From Klebsormidium nitens (Eukaryota; Plantae; Klebsormidiophyceae), in the NCBI GenBank assembly GCA_000708835.1, contig DF236952.1, forward strand, positions 186,001 through 250,000: a DNA stretch of 64,000 bases, read 5' to 3'. Positions 22,001 to 33,583 of the stretch are shown here, in pieces. Under the pieces are notes generated by a model that was not told the DNA's origin, searched no databases, and was given only the letters and a program-made list of their open reading frames with translations. Within the stretch, counting starts at the first letter, position 1. Every line of letters starts with the position of its first letter. Position numbers and translations under genes: made by a program.

Positions 22001-25000
22001 AACCGGGTGCGCATGATTGCCAACTGCCACTCGGAGCAGAGCAAGGTTGTGCAGGACTCCAAGCTGCAGCAGCCCATCAGCCTGGCGGGCAGCCAAATCC
22101 GAGGTGGGCAAAATTCAGAGAAGACAAGTCTGTGTGGGTCTTTCGATTTGGTGAGGTTTGAAATGGTTGCAGGGTTCCGATCGAAGTCGGACACTTTTCA
22201 AAAGGACAGGCGCGATTTGTTGGGGGCCATTGACCTCCGTGGCCTTATCGTTTGGTTCAAAGTACCCCGGCAATCGTTGTAACAGTTGCTGGCTTCGAGC
22301 ATGGCGCATGTCGTTTGTCCACCGCTGCGGCGTGCGATTACTTCGCCAACACTTGCAGCGTCACATTCCTCTTTCCAGCATCTGTAAACCTCGATCCACT
22401 GTCACCTATACGTAAGTCCATTCTTGATCGCCCTGATCAAATCCAACCAATCCCCGCGCGCCAGGTGTCCACGGCTGCCACCGCGAGTACATGGCCAACA
22501 TGGGCAGCATCGCGTCCCTCGTCATGGCCGTCATCATCAACGACCCCGACGACGCGGGCACCGTCACCGGCACCTCGAGCGCGTCCACCGCCAGCGCGGG
22601 CCCCAACAAGGGCCGCAAGCTCTGGGGCCTCGTCGTGTGCCACCACACCACGCCCCGCATGGTGCCTTTCCCCCTGCGCAGCGCCTGCGAGTTCCTCATG
22701 CAGGTGAGCGGTCAAAAAAGCGGTGTTTTTTGCCGTTGAATGTGCTGGCAGGATTTTTGGCGTGGGACGGTCACCTGAGAAAGAGGTACATCGGCGTTTG
22801 GACGGCGATGCTTTTGAAGCTTTGAGGTGAGGGGTCCGAAGTGTTTCGCCCAGGTTATTTCTGGGCCATGCAAACGGAAAGGGGTTGATGGTCAAGCGTG
22901 GTGCGGAATCTTTTGTGTTCTGTTCACCGGCGGCCCTGCGCCGTCTGGTTTTGTGTGGGGGAATGCTTACTTGAAAGAGGTATGCTGACCAGTGGATAAC
23001 AATAGTCGGAGCTTGTCGGGCTTCGAAGTGTTCGCAGAGAGCGTGCTGAATCGCAAGCTTTGGGAAACCTTTTGTAGTCCAGATACGTACTAAGTCATAA
23101 GCATCTGTACTATTGCTCGCACTCAGACTGGTGCGATGTCTCTGTGAGTCCCCCCGTAATCCGCCCTTCGCCCTTTGCAGGTGTTTGGTCTCCAGCTGAA
23201 CATGGAGGTGGAGCTGGCAGCACAGCTGCGCGAGAAGCACATCCTGCGCACGCAGACGCTCCTCTGCGACATGTTGCTCCGCGACGCCCCCGTCGGAATC
23301 GTCACCCAGACCCCCAGCATCATGGACCTCGTCAAGTGCGACGGCGCGGCGCTTTATTACCAGGTGGGTCTTTCGCAGCCGTCCTCATCATCAGAGCTAA
23401 GCGAGACTTCTTTGCAGCAAAGCGTTCCAAACATATTAGTTGTTTGCCGGAACATCGTAGTTGTTCAGCAGCATACCATTGGGGCGCCCTATTGCAGAGT
23501 AGATTCGATTCTTGGTCCTCCACAGAGCCTGTTGACGCACCTGTGAAGGGTTTTATTGTGGCGGCTTTTCTTTGCGTTTTTAAAGGGGCCTCTCCGAAGT
23601 GTACGGCTCTTCCTCTCGATTGTGGACTGCTCACGATCTGAAGCTTCAAGCCAAGCTGCATATTAGGTCCTGGATTCTCTCCAACCAAGGCGAAGGGTCC
23701 TTAAAACCCGATGCTAAAAACGTTGCATTCTCTCTTTTCCAGGGCCGATTCTGGTTACTGGGCACGACTCCCACGGAGCCTCAGATCAAGGACATCGCGG
23801 ACTGGTTGCTGGAGAACCACAAGGACAGCACGGGGCTGAGCACGGACTCGTTGGTCGACGCGGGATACCCCCAGGCAGCGGAACTGGGCGAAGCCGTGTG
23901 CGGGCTGGCCGCGGCGAGGATCACGGCTAAGGACTTCCTGTTCTGGTTCCGGTCAAACACTGCCAAGGAGATCAGGTAGGGAAGCCGCGTGCTGTGTGGT
24001 TCAGAAGGAGTTCCTGTCTTGTGGGTTTGGATGGTTGCCATCCTTGTCCTGGGGAAAGCTTAATTTCGTCTTTCGGCCAGCAGGCCAGATTTAGTCTCCC
24101 CCCCTCAGACCTTTCTCGAAAGACGCTCAACTTGCTCAAGGTTGGGTTCATTGGACAGGTGGGTCCTTTGGGGAGCTACCTCAATCAGGCTCTCAATCTG
24201 GACCAAAAGTATCGGCAACTTTGAGCTTCTACCAGTGTTCCCGCAAGTGGGCGGGCGTCAGGCAGAACCTTGATGACGGGAGGTACTCTATCTCTTGGAT
24301 TCAAATGAACAAGGCAAGGTCATCGGCATACAAGTTCCAATGGGTGTTCTCTTCCTGAATTATTTTTCACCCCTATGCAGATGGGCGGGCGCCAAGCACA
24401 ACCCCGACGAGCGCGACGACGGGCGGCGGATGCACCCGCGCTCGTCGTTCCAGGCCTTCCTCCACGTCGTGAAAACGCGGTCGCTGCCGTGGGAGGACGC
24501 GGAGATGGACGCCATCCATTCGCTGCAGCTGATCCTACGTGGCAGCTTCCAGGACGTCGAGAGCCAAAACGACAAGTCGCTCATCCATGCGCGGTTGAGC
24601 GACTTGCGCATCCAGGGAATGGATGAGCTGAGTACTGTTGCAAACGAGATGGTGCGGCTGATCGAGACGGCGACGGCGCCGATTCTGGCGGTAGATGCGA
24701 ACGGACAGGTGAGAAGGGCTTCGAAGCATGCGTTTAAGAGCTTGGATTTGTGTTCCGGTCCCGAGCCTGTCTGCTCATTAAGTATACCTTGTCTTATGGT
24801 TTCCTTCCATTGAAGAGCCAAGTTGGAACCAGGAATGTTCAAAGTAACCCGGCTGGGCACGTATGGATGTGCTAAAGTTTCCCGGAAATGCTGTTTCCCA
24901 TTTGCTCTTCATGTTTCCCGTTCTCAATACGCAACTCCTAATCTCCTCGTTTCGTCATCCTCTCTTTCCCTCAGATCCGTGGAATCTAGATTTCCGAAGA

Positions 25001-28000
25001 CCATATGTTGGGGGCCGGTCATTCCGCATTTCTTTCACAAACGTTTATTCTGCCGGTTCGTCATGTCACGGAACGAATTATACTTTCTCATGTCGCCGCC
25101 CGTCTCCCTCCAGGTCAATGGCTGGAACGCCAAGGTGGCTGAGCTAACCGGCCTCAAAGTGGAAGACGCAATGGGCCGGTCGCTCTCCAAAGAGCTCATC
25201 GTACCCGAGTTCCAAGAAACAGTCGAGCGCCTACTCTACCTCGCTCTCAACGGCGAAGAGGAGCAGAACGTCGAGATCCGGCTGAAGACGTGGCCTGACG
25301 AAACCGACATGGACCCGACATCGCGCCGCGGCGAGTCCGTCATCCTCGTTGTCAACGCGTGCTCGTCGCGCGACGTGAACGAGAACGTGGTCGGGGTGTG
25401 CTTCGTGGGGCAGGACATCACGAGCCACAAGATGGTGCAGGACAAGTACACGCGCATGATGGGCGACTACCAGGTAAGCGGGGCACGCGACTTGGAGATC
25501 TGCATTTCTGGGTCTGCCCATCTTAGTTGCTCGTATTCTTGTCAGAAGCAGGCTATCCGAAGTTTTTGTTAACATAGACATCGCGAGCCACAAGATGGTG
25601 CAAGACAAGGACACGCGCATGTGGGCGAATACCAGGTAAGGCGGGTCGGTTTATCTGGAGAAAGCAAGCTTTCCCTGCTATTTCATTTTTGCCCGGCCGT
25701 TTTCTTCGTTAGAAGGAGCCGTACTCTGGACCTGATTGGTAGTGTATGAGCGGGCTCCTAAGGACCAGGTTTTGTTCTGGAAAAGGGTCTGCTGAACGGT
25801 TCATGTGGAAGCTACAGTATGGAAACTAGCAGCGGATACGTGGCTCGTGCTTCGCAGGGGCTCGGCTGTTTCAGATGTTCCCCTGGGGACCCATTCCACG
25901 GCTTCCTTCAAAATTTGCAAGAGATTCAGAAATTTCCCCTCGTCAAACGGCGAGGTCGCTTCAGAAAGATCAGTGCAGTGTCCATATTGGTTAGACGGAC
26001 GCGGCTTACCTCCCGCCTCGTGCTAAGATTCCGCTTTCTTGCAGGCGATCGTACACAACCCGCACGCGCTCATCCCGCCAATTTTCGGCACGGACGAGTT
26101 CGGGACGACAACCGAGTGGAATCCCGCGATGCAGAAGCTGACGGGGTACCCGCGCGACGAGGTCGTGGGCAAGATGCTGGTCGGCGAGGTGTTCGGTCTC
26201 AGCATGATGCTCTGCCGCCTCCAGGTGGGCCGGCCGAAAGCTTCCGAAATGCGCTGTGTGGTTTCCGAACGTGTTCGACCTAATGAATTGTAATAGAACG
26301 AAGCATGATGCTCTGCCGCCTCCAGGTGGACCGTCCGAAAATGTTCGGAATGTGCTGTATTGTGTCCGAAAGGTCTCAAAATGTGGTCACCTGTTGAATG
26401 TGGTCCAAAGGCGTCGAAGCATGATGTTTTGCTGCCTTCAGGTGGGCCGTCCGATTGCGTCCGAATTTTATCATGAAGGTGTCCTGTTTCTACAAAGGTG
26501 TCCGAAAGTTTTCTGAAAGTGCCCGAAGCGCTTCCAGGAACGCTTGAAGTCTGTTCTTACTATGCCATGATTTCACTAGCGATGCTAAGACTGTCCAGAT
26601 TAGTTGGATGCAAACTGGTTGTCGTTTTCCTCGCGTTTTGATGGTGCCAGGTCCTTATTGGATCAGTCACTGTTCTGACAGTGCCCTATTGGTGGTCTTC
26701 GATCTCGAATGGGATTGAGGGCTGTGCATCCGTTGCGATTGTGCTCTCTATTTGCTTGTTATACTTGTGGGTGACGTCATGCACTCGTAAGAATCGGCGA
26801 GTGTGTCACACAACCGAGCAAGACAACACCGTCCTCAGCTAGCCTTTTGCTCCGCCCTTCGGAACCTGCAGGTCTCTTTTAGTTTCTGCTTTTCTTTCAG
26901 GAATTTAATTATCTCCTCTATCCATAGTCCACGTCTCTTTTGATTGTCTACTCGCCCCAAGATAAACAATTTGATTGAAGCGATTGGAAATCTTGATCAA
27001 AACCCTCCGGCAACTGCAGGATCAAGACGCGTTGACCAAGTTCATGATCGTGCTCAACGGCGCGATGGACGGGCAGAGCACGGACAAGTTCCCGTTCGCG
27101 TTCCTGGACAAGTTTGGGCGGCTGCAGGAGGTGCTGCTGACGGTCAACAAGCGCGTGGCCGCGGACGGGGCCATCACCGGCGTCTTCTGCTTCATCCACC
27201 AAGCGTCGCGAGACCTCCAAGACGCGCTGGCGGTGCAGGTAGGTTTGGCTATTCTTTGCTTTTTCTGGTCCCTTACCAATATCACACTTTACAACAGCGG
27301 AAAGCCAGTTATCTTTGTGAGTCTGTTGGTGGTCTGCCCTTCATCCACCAGGCGTCGCGGGACCTCCAAGACGCGCTTGCCGTCCAGGTGTGTTTCGAAG
27401 GCTTTTTCCTTCCCCCCCCTCTGTTCTCTCATTGTCTGCATGGATGACCTGGTTCTAAACGCCCCAACTCTTGGCCTCTCCGGTTGGCACTCTCAGTGCC
27501 TGTGCGACCTCCGTCTGGTTTTTGGTACTTGAACGCTGGTGTGCTGAACGTGCAACCGTTTAAATCTGTGTGGATGGGTTTCGTGCATGTTCTCCTACCC
27601 TTCATTCAGATTGGGCTTCTACCAAACTGCAATAATTCACAGAAAATCCAGTTCTGAACTCTTCTTTCTTATCTTAGGTTTCTTGTTTGTGTCCACGGTC
27701 CGCCTTTGTTCCTTATTTCCGGACCCAAGCCCTCCCTTACGATTGCCAGCCCGCATTTCCCAGAAGCCTTAATTCACGATCCGAGGGGTGTAGCAATTAC
27801 TCATTCCAAACTACCGAGGCCTTCCATCCCCTTTCCGCCCACGGCTGTGGCCCAGAGTGCGGAGGAGCCTGGTTCAGACTTTTCAATGAGAAGAGAGGTT
27901 CCAGTCGAGAGCGAGCCTTCTCGTCTTGTTCAGAGGTCAAGCCTTCATTGTCCGTTCCTGATGTCAAGCCTTCCTTTTACGCTCTTTGTCTCTGCCCGAG

Positions 28001-30167
28001 GCCGCTGCCCAGAAGGTTGCGGAGGCGAAGGCGGGGAGACCCGATCCGGAGAGAAACTAGCCAAGGCTACTGTTAACTTGTTTCCTCGTTTCTGAAGTCG
28101 AAATGTTGTGCTCCGTCCAGCCGCGGCCCAGAAGGTTGCGGAGGTGAAGGCGAGGAGCCTGGCTTAGAAAATTTGCTTTTAAAAGCTTCCACTCTAGTGG
28201 TTTGCTTTCCTAACGCAGTACTTTTTCCTCCCTCAGGCCGCGGCCCAGAAGGTTGCTGAGGCGAAGGCGAAGGAGCTGGCGTACATCCGGCAGGAGATCA
28301 AGAACCCGCTGGACGGCATCATGTTCACGCGCTCCTTCATCGAGCACACCGACCTCACCGAGGACCAGAAGCAGCTCGTCGAGACGAGCGCAACGTGCGA
28401 GAAGCAGCTGCGCAAGATCCTCGACGACATGGACCTCAACAGGTGCGCCTCACTATCTCCTTTGTTTTTTTACGTATTGATGATCCGAGGAACAAATGCA
28501 AAAGGAGAGACATCCGGAGAAACAGGAGTAGAAAATTCAAGCGGTGGGAGGGTGGAAAGGGGTCCTTGACTGCTAGCCATTTTGTGCCCGAGTCCTTTGG
28601 TTGTTGCTTGACACTGCTGTCCTGTCTTCGTCTTCCGCCGCCGCTCCTCGATGTCTAGTGTACGTCTTCATTGTCGGGTATAGTCCATTTCAGCTCACGC
28701 CTTGACGGCGCAGTCAGCTGATGCGTTATTGTCGATTTCCTGCGTCGATTACCTCAATCTGGTGGCCTCTTTCTCCACCTTCAGCTCTCTACATCCGACT
28801 ATTATTGTACCTTCAGCCCTTCTGTTCGTTCATCGACTTTTCGCGTCAACTTCGAAATTATAAAGCCCGGAATCGGAGACTGCGAACCTCAACACGGCTG
28901 TTTTTGACCCCTCAGCATGGAGGTTCAAAAACATGCTTGGTTTGCCAATGCACCCTACTTGGAGCTCGACTGTGTGGATTCTACGACAGCTCGCTTGGTT
29001 CCCCGCTCAATCCAACCGAAATGTTCTTAGTCATGATATCAATCCTTGAAAATGTTCCTTATTTATTGCAGCATCGAAGAGGGCTACTTGGAGCTGGACT
29101 GCGCGGAGTTCACGATGGCGAGCGTGCTGAATGCGGTGGTGAGCCAGGGCATGATCACCAGCAGCAAGAAGGGCCTGCAGCTCTTCTGCGATACCCCGCC
29201 CGAATTCAAGACACTCTCCGTCTTCGGGGACAGCTCGCGTGTGCAGCAGGTGAGGCACCGTTCGCACAGAACGTGGGGGGAATATTCTTGTCCAGTTCAG
29301 CTAGGAGAACACACTACCCCATTCAGAAAAGGAGTTCTTGATCTGCCACCCAGTGGGTCCTGCTCTTGAAGAATTTGATTCTTGGAGGTCAGTAGCAGGA
29401 TGTACACAAGTGGAGATTGAAGGTGACTTTGTCGTTCAACGGGAGGGATTTGGGTCTGTTGCAAGACGCTGCCTGCACTTGAGGACAGCTTGCGCAGTGT
29501 TCGGATTTACCTCCGCATCTCTGAACGGGCGCTACTTGGCAACGATTGTTGGGCGTCTGTGTTTGGTTCTCTCACTTAAACCGTTGCATCATAGATTGCT
29601 GACTCGTTTTCGTCGTTCCGGAGCCTGCCAATCCTACCCCAGACAAAAAAAAGCAACCATGTCGTGTGCGCTCTGTTTTGATCACGTTCCGGTTGTCCCC
29701 CTCCCACTTCTCTTTCGTTTCTTCCATTGAAAGTGTGCGGTTCCCGCTTTTAAGGAACCCAGCCTTCTTTATTGCGCCCTCTCTCTGACTCCCGATTCTC
29801 CCCCCCCACGCAGGTGCTCGCGGACTTTTTGCAGAACGCGATCCAGTTCACCCCCCAGAACGGCTGGGTCGAGATCAAGGCGACCCCGGTGCGCACCAAG
29901 CACATGGGCGGCATCCAGACCGTCCAAATGGAGTTCAAAGTCAGCCACTCCGGGGAAGGCCTCCCGGAAGACCTGCACCGCCAGATGTTCGACCGCGCCG
30001 ACGCGCAGAGCAAGACGCAGGAGGGCCTGGGGCTCAGCATGTGCCGCAAGCTCGTGAAGGTGATGGGCGGTGACGTGGCGTACGTCAACCAGCCGGGGAA
30101 GCCGTACTTCCGGGTGGACATCGAGCTGCCGCTCGCGCAGCGCGAGGACGCTGCGAGCGTTAAGTAG
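19087..30167 (+). CDS. PHY: Canonical plant-type phytochrome (nPAS-GAF-PHY-PAS-PAS-HKRD), 14 coding exons
   Basis: Exons 19087..19299, 20493..20657, 21075..21464, 21902..22103, 22465..22703, 23181..23363, 23743..23975, 24381..24708, 25114..25473, 26045..26224, 27020..27238, 28237..28442, 29072..29249 and 29814..30167. Motifs [27 protein letters not shown] (bilin Cys), WAGAKH, PRSSF tongue, [12 protein letters not shown] (Gln in place of the phospho-His), [11 protein letters not shown]. Confidence 0.98.
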
Positions 30168-31732
30168 GGCGGCGGGGGGGCAGTGTAGAAGGTCCGAGAG
30201 GGGGGGGGGTTTGGAGTATTTCGGGAGGGATGCTCGGGCGTCTCGACGGAGAGTGTGCGGGGCACTTGAGGGTTCGGAGGGAGGTTTGTAGGGGTTTGCG
30301 TCGGTTGTGGAGGGTAGTCCGTGGCGCCTCCGTTGGTGGGTGGAGGGCAGTGTGCGGCTCGCACTAAGCGTAATTTGGTGGCGCCCTATAATAGGCGAAG
30401 GGGATCGGGTTACGGCGGAGGAAGGCAAAGCCCCGGGGGTTGTGCTTTTGAGTAGAAGAAGCCCCGGTGCGTTAGAATCAGGAGTTGTGCCCGGGCATGA
30501 ACGGCCCGAGCACCTATGGAAGTAGTGCAGATGACTGCAGGTCCATGATTGAGCGGTGGGGACCAGTAGCTGGAAAGCAAGGGCGTATTAGTAGCCGCCT
30601 TTGTCGACTTCACTTCGATGGTTCGTGTAGGATGCCCCACCGAGCGGCAAAGTTCGGGTGCTTTGTTGTAATACGGGTTCCGAAAGACGGCAGAGTGAAA
30701 GTGTGCATACAGGCTTCGAAGGAACCTTGGCACCTGGCTAGGATGGTTTGAAAATGCCTGACAAGTTGTCTTTAGAACCTCGTGTATATTAGTTGTTCTT
30801 GTCGTGCGTAAACCTCATCAGGGGTGAACCTGTTACTGATGTTCGATTGCGGAATGATTGTCTTTGGATTTGTTTGCTCGACCCGATCAACGGTATGTGT
30901 TTGTGGCCCTGCCACCGACTCATCATGGAAAGACAAACTCTTTCCAGTGGCTCGTGTGTGTGACTAACGGGATTGCATGAGCCATCATATATACATGCAG
31001 TTGCAACTTAATTCCAGTCTAAAACTGTGCAATGTGTGTCACGCTGTAAGGTCTCGTTGCTGTGACGGCTCGGCTACACGTGCCAATTACGCATCATGCT
31101 AGTTATACGGCTTTTCGCCATTTACGCATATAGGGTTCTCACCCATCACGTCGTCAGGGTTTCCTTCCCTTTTGCGCATGTGGCCATGAGCCACCGTTTT
31201 GCATGACCACATGAAGGTAGCGCTAAGGCTGCCCGGTTATTTGTCGCCCATGACCACGATTGCGCCGGCATGCGCTTTATTGCTCGGTTATCGCAAGTAC
31301 CGAATCTGGTGCGTACCGGGTATGCGTACTTCCAGATAAGGTTGGATAATCGCACGCGCGACGCGACTGTGCATGATTCAGCTTCCACCATGCATATGTG
31401 CTGGCTCTGCTTTGGCTATGTCAACTTGATGAATTAGCCTGGCCTTCATGGAAATACCGGTTATAGTATATGCCTTGTAGCAGCTTGCACTGACTCGATC
31501 GCGAAAGCCTGAAAGACGATCTTAAGTTATGATTAAGAAGGTGCGGAAGCTGCCCTACAGGCTGAAATGATCGAGACCCGGCCGCCACGGTCAGGCGTCA
31601 ATTGTGCACTAACGGCATCTGTTGTAATTACAAATATTTCATCGACTGTAAACAAGCTACGTCACAACAGCCGCTCAAACCCATATAGCTATTGGCTCTG
31701 TTTACTTCTTCTGAGAAAATAACTGCAGCCTG

Positions 31733-32809
31733 CTACTCTGTCATCACCGGCTTGTTTTCACTGGACTTTACTTTCGCTGGCTTTGGAACTTCTCCATGAG
31801 CCTTCCTGCAGGATGGACAAATTGAGCCCAGGCATCAGACCTCAACGTTTGGATGCTCGCAACGCATGAGATGCGCTTTAAACTGACTAACGTTGACTGA
31901 TTACCAGGCATCCCATCCACAAAAGACATTCGCAGTTACATTCTGCTGAACATTGCCTGGCAGATCACAAGCAACCCATCTATAGGCGGTCTAAGCTTAT
32001 CAACCGGGCACAACAAAATCTACACCAATGCGAATAAGCAGGACAGAATATCAAGCTGCAGCACAGTCAGAAAGCAATTTCAGCGTCGTTGAGCGTCTAG
32101 CTCTGAAGTGAGGCTGTAAGGCAGACAAGTTCCAGAACTAGCTGGAACACTCTGACAGCATGCTAGTAACAACTTTAACAACAGATGTGCGGGGTCAATT
32201 GTAGTAACAAGTTGCAGAAGAGGTTAGGACCATGTCATCAGCTGCTTCTGATGAGAGGCTGGTGATTTTTTGGGTGAAAGCAATCCATTCTTTGTCAAAG
32301 TTGGAGAAAGTCCAATTGAATCTTAGCCAAGAGAAATGTACAGTCTACGCATCACTTTCGCTTCACAGGTGGTCACTCCCGCCACCCCCTGAACCGCAAC
32401 TTTCTATCGTACAGACGCGTCTCCAGGAGACCCACAGGAAATTCATTATTGCAAATGGACAGGCCCAGCAGATGTTCACACCCTCTTCAAAAAAAGTTGC
32501 AAACGGCGGTACGTTCACTTCGCGGTTTACAGATGGGGCACCAAGCAAGTGCTAATGATATCGCAACACGTAGAAAGGACGCTGAGTGTAAGTGAAGCCA
32601 GCAAATGAAGTGGTGTTGAGTACTCTTAGTGTCCAGATTCTCCGCTCACGAACTAGCTATTTAGAGGCTTATGAGCAACTCTGAAAGCAGACCAAACCAA
32701 AAAACGTGCACGCAGGAGGAGCCGATGCAAGAATGGAGTGCACTTACTTGTCAGCGCCCTTCGTGCTCAGGAATTGCCGGAAGGCTGCGGAGTTGATGTC
32801 ATAAATCAT
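31733..32809 (-). CDS. 44-aa two-exon microprotein of unknown function (MIYDINSAAFRQFLSTKGADKKAHGEVPKPAKVKSSENKPVMTE)
   Basis: Exon 32809..32748 ends GACAA|gtaagt. Exon 31805..31733 starts ctgcag|GAAGGCT and ends GAG TAG. The phases match (2+1). A 5'-UTR acceptor ttaccag lies just upstream. It resembles, from memory only, a short land-plant family MIYDVNSPLFRSFLSQKGG...SENKPVMTE. Confidence 0.85.
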
Positions 32810-33583
32810 CGTGCCTGTGGTTCTGGTAAGAGGAGCAAAGGAGCTAACTTTAACCGGATTATGGATGAACTACAGTGATCCTCTTCAAAAGACGCTCTAC
32901 TCTTCAGAATATCAAAGCACCTTTGAAAGGACAGCTTTGGCAAGAGCTGAAGCTGCACACGAGCCCTCTGCAAATTGCTAAGTTATAGCTGGAACGGAAG
33001 CCAGCTGGCAGCAGAATGCGGTAATGGTACTGGTTCGATGAACGTGTTCACATCAAACACTAGGTTTAAAGTATACCTAATAAATTGATTCTTCCGAAGT
33101 TACCCCCCTGGCTATCCTTGGTTTTCCGGAGACTCCGAGTCCAAGACCCGCGTAGGTCACACCGTACACGACACAAACGGCCCCGTTGACGGTTCTCCTA
33201 GGTATTCAAGGACGAGCTCCATAAAATCATTCGGCACAATTTGCAGGAGCGGCCGACAACGGCAAGCTGCCGTCAAACGCATTCACACGGACATGCAGAA
33301 CGGCCTTGAGATTTGCGGAGCGCCCCTCGACTCTGCAACTCGGTTGTCTCAGGGCTGGGCCTCGCTGCTGCCATGGACAGACGAGTTCAGCAACTCAGGA
33401 GCCACAGTCGATGGCTGAGCAGGCCACAATCGAGGACTGAATTGAGGTGAAGCCAGCCGTTGTCAGCCTGCAGCAACAAGGCGCCCTTGGTGCTTGCATC
33501 GTCCTGCAGATTGCACGGTTGTGATGATCCAGCTGTGAGACAGCGGCGCGGTTTGTCCCTTCTTGAATCCGCTAACAAGCAAA

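Noticed and set aside
28237-30167. PHY C-terminus as an active two-component kinase
   Set aside because: The H-box has Gln (IRQEIKNPL) and no receiver domain follows; this is the ordinary plant HKRD.
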